From the NCBI GenBank assembly GCA_002104905.1, contig MCFE01000014.1, forward strand, positions 193,941 to 257,940: a DNA stretch of 64,000 bases, in the 5' to 3' direction. Made by a program: the position numbers and the translations under genes. The DNA comes from Basidiobolus meristosporus CBS 931.73 (taxonomy: Eukaryota; Fungi; Basidiobolomycota). Position 1 is the first letter of the stretch. Every line of letters starts with the position of its first letter. Positions 1-13,400 of this stretch are shown here, piece by piece. The notes beneath the pieces are model-generated. The model did no database searches. It saw only the letters and a program-made list of their open reading frames with translations, and was not told where the DNA came from.

Positions 1-1461
1 GGTGCCTTTGCCGCCCTGGGTGGTATCCTCTTTGGTTTCGATGTAGGCTCTAACTCTGGAATCATTGGGATGGCCCAGTATAAGGATTACTTCGATCACC
101 CCAGCTCTACACTTCAGGGAGGTATCAACGGCTCCCTCTCAGCCGGTTGCTTTGTTGGCGCCTTGGTTTCTGGATACTTTGCCGAGAGATTTGGCCGTCG
201 TAACTCCATTGCATTCTCAGCACTCCTATTCATTCTCGGTTCTGCTATCACCGCATCCGCTCAGGATGTTCCAATGTTGATTGTTGGCCGTATCTTCAAC
301 GGACTTTGCGTCGGTCTCTCCTCTATGCTCGTCCCCTTGTACCAGGCAGAAATCGCCCCCAAGGATATTCGTGGACGTCTTGTGTCTGTACAACAGTGGG
401 CTATTACATGGGGTATCTTCATCTCCTTCTGGATCCAATATGGTACATCTTACTTGAGTGGAAGTGTAGCATGGCGTCTTCCCTATGGTCTGCAAGTCAT
501 CCCCGCTGTTATCCTATTCGTTGGAATGTTCTTCTTCCCCTATTCGCCCCGTTGGTTAGCCAACAAAGGCCGTAAAGAAGAAGCTCTTAACACACTCGCT
601 TTGCTTCATGGAAATGGTGATATTAATCACCCTACTGTGCAGGCTGAGTTCGAGGCAATCAACGAAGCAATTCGTTATGACCAGGAGGTCGCTAAGAGCA
701 CTGCTTGGAAGGACTTGTTCACTGGCACGGTTGGTCATCGTGTATTCCTCGGCGTCTCTCTACAGATGTGGCAGCAACTGACTGGAATGAACATCATTAT
801 GTTCTACGTGGTCTACCTCGCCGAACAAGCAGGTATTCAAGATCAATCCGCCAATCTGCTTGCCTCTGGAATCTCCTTCATCGTCAATGTTATCTTCACC
901 ATACCAGCCATCCTCTTTGTTGATAGATGGGGACGTCGTGCAACTTTGATCGCTGGCTCAGCTGGTATGACTGTGTGCATGGTTATCGTAGGTAGCATCC
1001 TAGCTGGAGTTGGTGACGTCGTTCCCAAGGATCCTTCAAATCCCGACAACGGCTTGAAGAGCATAGACATGCACGGAAACACAGCTGCTACCTACAGTAT
1101 CATTGCCATGGTTTACATCTTTGTAGCCTGTTTCGCCACCACCTGGGGCCCTGTTGGCTGGATCTACCCAGTTGAGATCTTCCCCCAGCGTGTACGTGCC
1201 AAAGCCACCTCTCTCTCCACCGCCTCTAACTGGCTGTTCAATTACCTTTTGAGTCAATTTGTTCCCATGGCCATGGATCATATTACCTTCGGGCTGTATT
1301 TCCTCTTCGCTGGCTTCAATCTGCTGATGACCATCCATGTATGGTGGCAATTCCCTGAAACCAAAGGCAAGACTTTGGAAGATATGGAGGTCCTCTTTGC
1401 AAAGAAATCCAAGTCTCGTGGCGAAAAGGGAGCCAATGAGAAAGCTATCACCGAAGACTAG
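1..1461 (+). CDS. MFS sugar porter (high-affinity hexose transporter-like), 5'-truncated by window edge
   Basis: Frame is open from base 1 (GAFAALGGILFGFDVGSNSG) into the 463-aa ORF. Sugar-porter motifs ERFGRR, PYSPRWL, QQLTGMN, DRWGRR and PETKGKTLE; multiple hydrophobic TM segments. Confidence 0.95.
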   Translation, partial: GAFAALGGILFGFDVGSNSGIIGMAQYKDYFDHPSSTLQGGINGSLSAGCFVGALVSGYFAERFGRRNSIAFSALLFILGSAITASAQDVPMLIVGRIFNGLCVGLSSMLVPLYQAEIAPKDIRGRLVSVQQWAITWGIFISFWIQYGTSYLSGSVAWRLPYGLQVIPAVILFVGMFFFPYSPRWLANKGRKEEALNTLALLHGNGDINHPTVQAEFEAINEAIRYDQEVAKSTAWKDLFTGTVGHRVFLGVSLQMWQQLTGMNIIMFYVVYLAEQAGIQDQSANLLASGISFIVNVIFTIPAILFVDRWGRRATLIAGSAGMTVCMVIVGSILAGVGDVVPKDPSNPDNGLKSIDMHGNTAATYSIIAMVYIFVACFATTWGPVGWIYPVEIFPQRVRAKATSLSTASNWLFNYLLSQFVPMAMDHITFGLYFLFAGFNLLMTIHVWWQFPETKGKTLEDMEVLFAKKSKSRGEKGANEKAITED

Positions 1462-1749
1462 AGTAATGATAATCCACGATGAGGGAGTGATTTTCCGGCT
1501 AAATAATTACCCAAGATCTCCCGAGACCCAAATGAACTTTCCCATGAACCAGAACGTTTCCATCCACGCTGTCCAACATTTGATTTCCTTTCCACTTTCG
1601 TATTCCTAGAGGAATGAATGTCATCTAAATCACATGTTGGATCTCCTGGGAATATGAACCTTCTATATATTGATAATTCCCGACCCACTCCATCATATTT
1701 ACCTTTTTGAAAATAAATGAACTTTCTGCGACAAAACTTGTTTGGGGTC

Positions 1750-4200
1750 ACTCATGTTCCCAGACAAACCCAGAATTCGCCTACTGCGATGGGTACCAAA
1801 GTGAGCTGCTCCATGGTTACGGAGGGCTTCGTGATCCCAGGGTGATTTTACAAAGACCAATTGAGTAATAGCAATGCCCGAAACCAGTTGCCACGGTTCA
1901 CACCACCACTGGCATGTGTTGGTAAGGGAAAAGGGTGGCCGTTGAGGCCGATCCATCCATTCAAGATCCTCCCAAGCCAAACCAATAACCATCCAACCGT
2001 CGAAGATCATCCTACCTTGGAACGAGCCAGAGCCAGAGATATGCCTAATCCACCAGCTCTCCTCGCATCTAATTGGGATGTCACATTGCGCGCTGTGTGG
2101 CACGCACCTGTACGTACACAAACTGGTTATCAGCGGTGATGTGCTACCTCGCAAGGCATTTGCGTTTATGGTAAGTGAATTGTGGAGAACGGTATGAAGC
2201 CCTCATGTGACTTCGAGAGGCATTTCCCACTTTTATTGATTAAAATGGGCATTATTAAGACCTCGTTTGTGATACAGTAGCGCACATTCGAGAACTGTAG
2301 AGATCCTCTATGACAGCTGCATAGTATTGTGAACGGCGGAGCTGGTTTCTTCTGATGCAGCCTCCTAGGCCATTGCGAATAGCGAGCCACGGTGGATACT
2401 GAGTTCTGCAGAGTCAGAGGAAAATAGAACACAAGAGATGCTACATGAGTTTGGGCGCGCCTAGATGCATCGCATGGATATAGGTGCGATGGATTCAAAA
2501 CGAAACACCACTCGCCATTGTACTCGTTGAATTTCTTGGATCCACCCTGCAGGATCATCTAGAGCGGTTCGCTCCATGATGGCGCATACCCATATGAACA
2601 TGTTGAACACTGATCAATTTTCCAGGAATGGGATAGGATAGCCATGGCTGTCGCATCCCCCACACAATCCATCGATCGGTGGTGCACACTTTCTCCCTGT
2701 ACGTGGGTCGGGCTACTCAAGTGCAGCCTGAGCACCAATTGGGAGCGGTTGCTTTGAAACCTTCATTATTTCTTAATTGGATCAGTGTTTGTAGAGCCTT
2801 ACTGCTCGTGGGGATGTCCGGTTGGATTTCCCCACAAACCCACCTCGTCCTAAACCAGCCTCGTCACCACATGATCAGTACACAGGGCCAGAGTAGCTTG
2901 TCTACCCTGGAGCAAAATTTCCATCCAGATTCGGCCTTTCCCAAATATAGGGTGCATATGGGCCGGCCTATTGGCGAGCCAATCAACTAGCTTTTCTTGA
3001 CGACCTCCAACCTGCTGTTGCCAGTACCACTTACCAATCCGAATTGACGCAATTATATGGTCTCTGCTGGTGCCGGTGATCCAGGCATGCGAAAAACCCA
3101 CCTGATTGGAGACAGCAGAGAATAAGCCCATGACCTGCCCATCGAGTCCACCCATTGCTCCGTACCTGGTCAACTGTTCGTGACATTGTTACGCCTGAAA
3201 CGCCATTCCTTGGTCACGCCAGTGACTTCGATAGGCCTGTAAAGCAGGGAACCTGGTTGCCATGGGAGACGCCGTGGAGAGATGGGGGAGGTAGGGGCTT
3301 TGTGCGCAACGAATGACTGCCAAAACGAGGCGGAAAATACTCTAGTACACGAAGGATATCGCGGTGTAATCTCGTTACAGTCCAATCAAGCCCTTCATCC
3401 CATGGAGACTTACCGCGTATGTAATCCAGGCGATTTATCTCGGCGGTAAAAGAAGTTCTACCGAAACCCGACCCAGCCAACCCGCCGTGATCTGAACCAT
3501 TCTCTACCGTGGGAAATGGTTGGGACCGGTTGACCTCTTGTACCAACCCACTTCCCACTGTCCACACAACACAGCAGATAATAACTTTCCCAAATTCTCA
3601 GGTCATGCGAGAGGAACCGTACCCGCACTGGTGTACAGCATTAGCTACAGGTTTCAAGACTACGTCAGGGAGCCCGGCCCATGCTGCCCATTCCCATGGA
3701 TAATCACTCGATTCCAACTGTTAGAAAACTGCGGGCAAACTAGGTAGGAACAGTGTGGCTCTAGTCCTATAGTGATAGGATATCAATTGGGCATATGATC
3801 AACCTATGATGGCACCACCTGGAGATACGGGCATGGAACCCTTGGTTCTGGTTTGAACTCCACATGAGGAGGTAAATTAAGGCATAAGCTTTGGTAGCGT
3901 AGGGTAAATGGGCGCCAATTCATGGTATTTTGGGTGAGGCCTTGACTTCCAGGCTTATCAGTAGACTTCAACTCCCGGGTATCCGGTACGGCTGATATGT
4001 TTCACAGTCAAGCCTACAATTTTGCGGGCTGCACATGCTGTAGGTAGCAACCATCTTGGAATATGTTGTAGTAGGGGGTGTGAGCATGTCTCAGACCTGT
4101 TGGCTTGTAAGTCAGAATTTATCCAGTCGCTTGATGTTGGCTCTTGTTACAATGGTATGTATGGCCAGACTAGGAACTAACGCTCGTCCTGCCTGGCTCC
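1750..4200 (-). mobile_element. Heavily decayed DIRS/Ngaro-like (tyrosine-recombinase) retroelement remnant; boundaries approximate
   Basis: Minus-strand fragments across frameshifts: FGSHSLR (about 3304-3324, YR-like HSLR); TD(A)C..G.G (about 2874, RNase H TDAS..GWG-like); GDATAMAIL (about 2631-2660, DNxTAV..I-like); W..8..APPFTIL (about 2324-2343, DIRS MT-like). Many stops. Confidence 0.4.
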
Positions 4201-4512
4201 AATAAATTTCCTCACTCGCTAAGCTGCCCTGCTCTATGTACTATTCTTGGTATATACAATGTGCTGGTTTATAGACTGTTACATTAATAGGCTATTTTCA
4301 CTTTTAACCCTGTGTTGAGCGTAAAGATCTATGACAAGTAGAGAGTTAGAATATGAAAACCAGGGCATAGAGCATGCTTAATCCAGCTTACCTCCTGTAT
4401 TCCCAGCTTCCTATGACTGGCATGAAGAGTGGCCTAAATTTTCCAAGCAAGCTTGTGTTCTCGCCTGATAGTGTGGTGCAGTTTGTTGCAAGTAACCATT
4501 AACACCCCTGCA

Positions 4513-6351
4513 TGTTGTAGTGAATTAGCAATAAGTCAATGTCAAGGAAAGTTATTTATGGATTCAGGACAAAATCCAGTTGCACCCACAACAGTTCACT
4601 ATGAAAAAATATACTCGAGTCCAGCAGAAATCCAAGTGTCCTTAAATTACAAGTTTCAATATCAGATGCTCTAGCCTGTAAGTAGACATACATCCTAGAA
4701 AGTGCTGCACCTGAGTATCCATCATAGCAAATACAGCAGCAGCCAGTTCACTGACTCTACAGATATATGTTTTGCTTGCCAAGAACATGTAAAAGCATAT
4801 ATATCAGTTTTGCATTCAATAAACCATGAAGTGAGAACCCCAAAATATAATTGGTCTCCCAATCACTTTCAATGCTTCTAACACTCCTACAATGGGTTAT
4901 GAGCCCCAAGCTGCTACTCACTGGAATGACCAGTGTACCTACCACTGGAACTTCTCTCTGTGCCAAAAAGCTAGACAGATGTTGTAACTATATCCGGAAG
5001 GTGAAGGTGAAGGTGAAGATGATGTCAGAGGAAAGAGGCATTTGGGATATTGTTGTGAAAGAAGAATGCCCACCAGAAGGTTCCAGACAAGAGGCAGTCA
5101 AGTATCAGAAGAATGGGAAAAGCATCTTTAACTGCATTTGCCTTGATGTTAAGCACAAACTACTAACACAATATCTAAGAGCTATAAAAGCAAAAAATTC
5201 CCCAAAGGCACTAGAAGACACCTATCACTCATATTCATCTGCCCAGAAAAAGTATCTAAAGCAAAACTTTCATTGTGAAGATACTGCCATGAGAAGAAAT
5301 GAGATTCCTAATCATCAGAATCGCCCTGTTGGATATTGAGACAAATCAGTGAGAGTGAAAGCTACTGAAAAAGATGTGATGTTACCTACCTGCATGGCCT
5401 GAGAGACAAGCTACAGGGCCTTGCATTGACACTAGAACTCAGACTACAGGATCTGAATGTAAATTAACTATGTGGAATGTGTTGTAAAAATTTGTAACTC
5501 AACCTAAATATTCACCTAACTTAGTCACCTAGATCATTACCTTCAAATCCTAGAGAATACTGACCAAATTCCTTGTTGGGATTTACTTAGAATATTTACC
5601 CAGAACATGAAAATTAGATCAGTTGTCCAAACAGCCCCAAACTTTGCAAACATGTTCTTGGGACCTTCCTTAACCTATTCTATGTGTTTTTAATGCCAAG
5701 ACCAGGTAATTTACTTAGAATATTTTCACCAAAATGCCAGGTACCCAGAGCATGAAAATTCTCAAGGTTGACCAAACAGCCCCAAACCTTGCACACATGT
5801 TCTTGGAACCTTTCTGAGCCTATTCTATGTATTTGTAATGCCAAGACCAGGTAAAAGTATAAATACTACTTTTACATTCAATAAATCATTAGGTGAGAAC
5901 CACATAATCTACTTTTTCTCCCAATCACATCCAACATATCCAAGACTCTTACAACAAAACCTGCTTGCTCTGTCAGTTGCTTCCAATATCTCCAAAACTC
6001 TTACAACAGTTCTCCCAGTCACTTAATGTTTGTCTGAAGCTCTTACAACATGGAATACCTGTTATCTTGATACTACTTTTACATTCAATAAATCATTAAG
6101 TGAAAATCACATAATTTAATTGTCCTCCCAGTCACTTCCAATATCTCCAAGAATCTTACAACAGATTGCTTCTGGATGAAAAATTAAGGAAACTAAGCTA
6201 TAATTAGAAGGAATAAGACAATGTTTGAATAAGCAATGATTGCCACAAATGGAGGTACTCAGGACCATTCAAAGGAAGAGACAGCCATTCTAGTAGCTAC
6301 TGCAATAGGGAAAGACACCTATTCAACCAGTGCTTCAGATAGAGATATAAT
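4513..6351 (+). mobile_element. Old Ty1/Copia fragment (lineage C): degenerate LTR, PBS and decayed gag, interrupted by an LTR insertion at 5480-6163
   Basis: PBS GGTTATGAGCCC at 4895-4906. ORF 4851-5339 (KVKMMSEERGIWDIVVKEECPP) aligns by eye with gag at 13669-14433. Gag resumes at 6164 (LLDEKL...ISND...decayed Zn knuckle). LTR start at 4513 is tentative. Confidence 0.8.
5480..6163 (+). repeat. Composite/mosaic Copia LTR (family A) inserted in lineage-C gag
   Basis: Begins TGTTGTAAAA and ends TTACAACA; imperfect 5-bp TSD GAATG/GATTG; contains internal LTR duplications and a 238-bp tract shared with 14875-15112. Confidence 0.8.
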
Positions 6352-6746
6352 AGACTTGCTCTGTTGGATTGTGCCACATTGAGCCATAAGTGCCAAATAG
6401 TGCATAGTATGCCAGAGTGGCATTGCAGACCTATACTTGGCCACACCATGTGAGGCATACCTCTACATCTTCATGCAAAGCATCCCCTTTGTTTCACCCA
6501 CTGTGCTAGACAGAATCCATTTTTTAACTTTTTTTTGGGATTAATGTTATACCCAACATGTGAGAGCACAGAAGGACTGAAGACATGGAGTTGGTACTCA
6601 ATACCCATGGCACTCTGAATCTAGATCTAGAGGTTTGTAACATGCCACAAAAATGCATGGCCCTATCTTGGTCCACTGGCACTATAAGTGCTTTGTGTAG
6701 GTTTTACTTTAGGACTAATAACCAAATATAGTGCCAGATAGTACCA
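6352..6746. mobile_element. Possible older relative of the 15212-15422 MITE
   Basis: Starts AGACTTGCT after AAT, followed by GTGCCA-rich repeats and TAATAACCAAATATA resembling the MITE interior; no matching right TIR found. Confidence 0.35.
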
Positions 6747-6844
6747 GTAGAAATTTGTAATTCCACCTAAATATTCACCTAACTGTTGTAAGAGTCTTGG
6801 AGATATTGGAAGTGATTTGGAGAACAAGTAGATTATGTGGTTTT

Positions 6845-9800
6845 TGTTGCAATATTCTGAGGAGTATTGGAAGTGATGTGGAGAACTAGAAGATTTACAT
6901 GTTATTCACTTGTAGATTTATTGATCAAAAGTATAGTATTTATACTTTTGATAAAGTAGAGGAAACAAACGTGTAGAGTTTGTTAAGGAAGGTCCCAAGA
7001 ATATGTGTGCAAAGTTTGGGGTCTTTTGGACGACTTTGAGAAAAATAATAATCTGGGTACCTGACAATTTGGTGAAAATATTCTAAGTAAATCCCGACAA
7101 GAAATCTAGTCAGGACAGAATGCTAATCACAGAATAAGATCTATGTGACTAAGTTAGCATGAATATTTAGGTGACAATTCAATAATTACAACACTCCCAC
7201 TCAACAAAATATTCATGAGTAATAAATACATATTGTGAGTGTGCAATCTGTAATAAGCGTATAAGATTTAACTGTTTTGCATACTGGACTAATATATTAT
7301 CCAAAGGTGTATGCATTTGTGTTCAACTTAATAGAACAAGTAACTTGGAATTCAGTATGCATATCTACTTAGTAATATGCCTAAAAATCTGAATGATCTG
7401 ATCATAATACTTATCATCAACTTTGATCAGTTGTACGGGCTTGAATAATAAGCTGAGTCTAATTGACAGATTGTAATAATAGTATATAGCCTCTGGGCTA
7501 TTCAATGCTTCTTATTTGAGCAAAATTGACCCACTTTTGGTCAAGTTAAGGTTTTGTCATTTACAGCAGATCTGGAGTTTCCTTATTTCCGGCCAACAGT
7601 CTAATCCATTTAGACAACTTCACTGTGTGTCCATATTAGGCTCAGGAACAGTTACTTCCATCATATAGATGCTATATGAGGTAAAAAATAGTGACCTACT
7701 TTGGGTCAAGTTAAGGTTTTGTCATTTACGCCTGATCCGGATTATCCTTGTTTCCTGGCACTGTGGCACATATAACATGGCCAAAAAAAGAAGGTTTTTG
7801 CTCAACTCTGAGCTGGGATGGCCTGCTCCCACTTGAACCACGTCTGTTTAGTGATTCAGATCCACAAATATGATCTAGAATGGTCATCTTTGTCTTCTTT
7901 AAATAGCAATAACTTTCTTTGGACTGATTACTTCATATGCGGTAGATTCAAAGTCCATTTGCTTCTTGATTTACCCAGTTTGGTATTGGACAACACCATG
8001 GGTTGTTTGGTAGCTATTCTTAGAGTGCTTCTACTGATTTGGATTGATACAGCTGCTTTTGTCTTATCAGAATATACTTGTAGAATAGAGATTGGCGCTT
8101 TTCCAGAAGTGAGATTCTCCTTAACAAGGGCTTTGATTATCCTTATTCTCCTGATAGTTATTTTCAACCTTGAGCTCGGTTTCCAAGGCTAACTGATCTT
8201 CTCAGTGTCTTCAGAATCCATAAAAAAACCATCTGGTTGATCCTTGCACCTTTTTCTTTCAGCTCCATAGACAGCAGACATCAAGACTTCTGCACTAAAT
8301 AATCTGTTCCAATATATACTACAATATCTAACAGATCCTGTTGAAGTTTCAAGGCTCTTCTGGGGTTTCTAGCTTGAGAACTTCGTACAAGAGGCTCCAT
8401 AGAACATATCTGCATTGCCAGATAGTCCAAATATGGCCTACATAAGTTTTGGCACCATTTGGGAAGTACCCTAGTTTGCGGTAGTAGTATTTTCCATTTT
8501 TTCTTCTTTTCTTTTTCTGCTGATGACCCAGGGATAATTCCTTTTGTGGGGTGGTTCTGGACTTCCTTGCAGGTGGGACCACGGTGTTTTTGAGCACAAG
8601 AGTCTCCATGACATCATTGTTCCATAATATCTGACTATTTGAGAGTGAAATAATCAAAATTGGCATCCACTTAGATCATTCATAACTTTTGATAGAGTTG
8701 ACCAAATTTGATCAAATAAACTGCATTTGATAGCTAGCTTCATCAATACTTTGGTATCAGACTCCAATATATCAGTATTTTGAGTTGCAGAACTTGGCGG
8801 TGACTTGATCAATCAAAATTCTTTTGATCTGATCCAGAGAAGTTAAATATCACCAAGTGTTTTCTCCCACTGTAATAAGTGATATATATATAACAAGTAT
8901 AAAGTACTGTGTTATCTTCTGAGTGGCTCTTAGCTGTGTACTGACCAACTGTTGCTTGGTTGTATACTCCAATCAGGCTTGCAATTATATGCTTCACTCC
9001 TTTGGCTGGCGGTAGAATCTTCATGAGTTGATTTTGCTAAATTTGTATAATACTTTCTCCCACTGTTTTGAGACTTAAACAGAGTGATAGCACGTCTAAC
9101 AGCTCCATATTTAGCTCCTGGTACACTGGTTTCAGTATCAAAACACTTGATACAATTATAGCATTCTTCTAATGGATTGTGTAGTACATATCTGTACTCC
9201 AGGTGGATATATATGTATTATATATCATTGGGATCCTTACAATTCAGGAAGCTTGTTTCTGAGATCTTTTTCCATCAGTAGATAGTCCAGAATGGCGGCT
9301 AACAGCTCCAGTATTTGCATTCTCAGCTGTATTTTGAGTGGCAACAGATTTTTGGTAAAATCCTCCTCCGGCAATCATTAATAATGATCTAACTTTTTTT
9401 TTTTTTTGCAATTCAGGATAATATCCTATCCAAGAGCTCGTCTAACAGTCAATTGGGGTCATATGAATACATATTGCAGTATATTTCATTGTAGATCTGG
9501 ACCCTCAATTGCTGGAATTACGCAATTTTCTTCAGTAGTGGTAGAGCACCAACATACTATATTTCTTGACACAATTACATGCCAGTTTGATTGACTCTTC
9601 TTCATAACTAACTTGGATAGTTACTGAAGGCATCTTTTGAAGGCAAGGCCTTCTTCTCCACAGCAATATCCTCATAAACATAGTCCTTTAGCAGCGGTAG
9701 TCTTCTTTAACCTTAGCAGAGCAATAGTGCGGAAAGTCTTTCTCCAGACTAGCAGAAAAGGATCCAAAGCATAGTAGACACCAAGAGGACAGCAAGCTCG

Positions 9801-10161
9801 GGGCTCATAACCTGTTGCAATATTCTGAGGAGTATTGGAAGTGATGTGGAGAACTAGAAGATTTACATGTTATTCACTTGTAGATTTATTGATCAAAAGT
9901 ATAGTATTTATACTTTTGATAAAGTAGAGGAAACAAACGTGTAGAGTTTGTTAAGGAAGGTCCCAAGAATATGTGTGCAAAGTTTGGGGTCTTTTGGACG
10001 ACTTTGAGAAAAATAATAATCTGGGTACCTGACAATTTGGTGAAAATATTCTAAGTAAATCCCGACAAGAAATCTAGTCAGGACAGAATGCTAATCACAG
10101 AATAAGATCTATGTGACTAAGTTAGCATGAATATTTAGGTGACAATTCAATAATTACAACA
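6845..10161 (-). mobile_element. Non-autonomous Copia-type LTR element (family B), 3317 bp, nested in the 3' LTR of element A
   Basis: 349-bp LTRs at 6845-7193 and 9813-10161, identical by eye, with TG...CA ends; TSD GTTTT (6840-6844, 10162-10166); PBS 9801-9812; PPT 7194-7203; no gag/pol motifs recognised internally. Confidence 0.93.
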
Positions 10162-10465
10162 GTTTTCACTTAATGATTTATTGAATGTAAAAGTAGTATT
10201 TATACTTTGACCTGGTCTTGGCATTACAAACACGTGGAATAGGTTAAGGAAGGTCCCAAGAACATGTGTGCAAAGTTTGGGGCTGTTTGGACAACTTTGA
10301 GAATTTTCATGTTCTGGGTACCTGGCATTTTGGTGAAAATATTCTAAGTAAATCCCGACAAGGAATTTGGTCAGTATTCTCTAGGATTTGAAGGTGATGA
10401 TCTAAGTGACCAAGTTAGGTGAATATTTAGGTGGAAATACAAATTTTTACAACACTCCCACTCAG

Positions 10466-13400
10466 CTAAATGTTCATACTGACTAGTCCTAATTTTGACC
10501 TAAGATATTCAAACTTGTCTCTAGCTAATGGTTTGGTAAATATGTCCGCAATCATTTCATCTGTAGGACAGTAAACTAAGCTAACTAAGTTATTCTCTAT
10601 AGCTTCATGTATGAGATGATGTCTAATATCTATGTGCTTGGTTCTAGCATGAAAAGTTGGATTTCTACCTAATTGTATACACCCTTGATTATCTTGAAAT
10701 AAAGTAATAGGCGTTTTTTGACATAGGCCTAAATCTGTAAGGAGCTTTCTTAACCACATTGCTTCTTTTGTAGCTTCACAGGCTGCCATATACTCTGCCT
10801 CTGTAGTAGAAAGTGCTATGGTTGGTTGCTTTCTTGAATTCCATGAAATTGCTCCTTTACAGTAAAGAAAGGTGTATCCTGTGGTGGATCTTCTGTCTTC
10901 CAAATTTCGTCCCCAATCAGCATCAGAGTATCCCACAAGATCCTGTTCTGAGTCCTTATAAGTGTATCTTAAGCAGATATCAGCAGTTCCTTTTAGTTAT
11001 CTAAAAATCCGCTTAACTGCTGCAATATGATCAGATCCATAATTCTGATTATGTTGGCTGACAACTCCCACTGAATATGAGATATCTGGACATGTTCCAA
11101 GCATGATATACATCAGACTGCCGACCATAGATTGATAAGGAAAGTCAGGGCTTTCAAATGGCACCAAGCTCTCTTGATTTGGTTAAGTTTTGACCAAGTT
11201 AAGGTTTGTCTCCATTGGGGTGGCTGCTGGTTTACAGTCTTCCATTTTGTACTTCTTTAGTATATCTTGAATATACTTGGATTGGCTTAGGGTAATAGTC
11301 TGGGTACTTCTGTCTATGGAGAACTTAATCCCTAAGTAGTAACTAAGTTCTCCTAGATCGGACATCTTGAACTCCTTAGATAGGCTGGATTTAGTCTCTT
11401 CCAATGTTTCTAGGTTATTGGTGGCTATAATAAGATCATCCTCATATAGAGCTAATAGAACTGGATTTGCTCTATCTGGCTTATAGTATATACTATAGTC
11501 AGCATTACTTCTTTTGAAACTCAAAGATTCCATATAAGAATCTATCTTGCAATTCCAGGCTCTCGGTGATTGTTTGAGACCATATAGTGACTTTTTAAGC
11601 TTGCAGACCAAATGGGGGTTATCTTGGTCAGCAAACCCATCAGGCTGGTCCATATACATGTCCTCATCAAGTTCTCCATTCAAAAATGCAGTTTTTACAT
11701 CCATTTGATGAATAAAAAACTTATATTTTGCTGCAATAGCCAAAATTAATCTGATGGAATTAAACTTGGCTACTGGTGCAAAGGTCTCAGTATAGTCAAG
11801 TCCTTTTGTTTGAGAGTATCCTTTGGCTACAAGTCTTGCTTTGTATCTTCAATTGTACCATCAGCCTTGTATTTTGTCTTGAAGACCCATCTGCATCCAA
11901 TTGATTTTTAGTTTATTGGTAATTTGACTAAGTCCCAAGTTTGATTTTCCATCAGTGCCTGATATTCCTCAGTTGTTGCAGATCTCCAAAACTTCATCTG
12001 AGGGCTATTTAGGGCCTCTTTTTCAGTCTGGGGTTCATCAACATGGACTGAATAGGCATAGGCTAAGTTTGTACCCTCATTGATATAGTAATTTGGGCTA
12101 TTTCTTGTCCGATTTGATCTCCGGGCATTTGATACTGGAATGATCACTTCTGGGATATTCCTGGGCACTGATTCTGGCTGAACCATGGTTGTAGAGTCCT
12201 CTGGAGTGAAAAAATTCTCATTGTTTTGCTCTGATTCAATCCTGACAATTGGTGGACTTGAGATCAGATTTTTGTCATCATCTGATGTCATTTTTTGTGA
12301 AAATTTTGAATTTTCATCAAACAACACATCCCTGGACTTGATCAGCTTCTTTACTTTGGTATTGTAGAGTCTGTATGCCTTACTCTCATTGCAGTAGCCC
12401 AAAAATATGCATTTTACACTTTTTGGCTCAAATTTTGACTGATTTCCGGCCAGTTTTTTGGCATATGCTGTACACCCAAATATTCTTAGATGTTCTGCAC
12501 TTGATCTGTATCCATACCATGCTTCAAATGGAGTAGAATCACAAAGTATTCTGTTATAACTCCTATTTTTAAGGTATACAGCAGTGGCAACTGATTCCGC
12601 CCAAAAATCATAGGATAATTTTTGATCATGGATCATAGATCTTGCCATATCAATTATTGATCTGTTAGCTTGTTCTGCTACTCCATTTTGCTGTGGGGAG
12701 TATGGTTCAGTAGTCTCTTGCTTTATCCCATGAATTTTGCAGAAGTGGATGAAGAGTTTTGAGGTATATTCTCCACCATTGTCAGAGCGTATTTTCTTGA
12801 TTTTTTCACCAGTTTCTCTCTCCACCATGGCTTTAAACTCCCTGAGCTTAGACAGAGCTTCTTCCTTTCTCTCCATGAAGTAGACCCATGTGTATCTTGT
12901 ATAATCATCAATAAAAGTGATTAAATACTTCATCCAGCCTAAGGATAAATTTTGCATAGGTCCACACAGATCTGAGTGAATTAGATCTAATTTTTTCTTA
13001 GTTTTGATTAACCCAGAGCTCTTGAACGGTTGTCTGGCTTGTTTCCCATATATGCAGGCTTCACAGTGCTCCAAATTAGCTGGGGGATCAACTTTTACTC
13101 CAGAAATATGATCTTTGATCATATTGCGCAAATAATCAAAATTGATGTGTCCAAATCTCCTGTGCCAAAGCATTGGTGTTTCTTCATTTAAGTTACTTAA
13201 ATTGGCTTCCAAATATGATGGAATATTAGTCAACTTGTATAGATTCTGATCTCTGATGCCCAAAGCAATATGGGCACCATTTTGATCAGTGATCCTGCAT
13301 CCACAATTGTCAAAACTGAAACTGAGTCCTTCTGCTGTGGCCTTGCTTACAGAGAGTAGGTTCTTGGCTATTTCTGGTACATAGAGTACTTCTTTAAAGG

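Noticed and set aside
226-1350. Antisense and alternate-frame ORFs over real genes (here and at 20434-20887, 28443-28707, 39034-40082, 48169-49173)
   Set aside because: Shadow ORFs expected from codon bias of the true CDS; no independent features.
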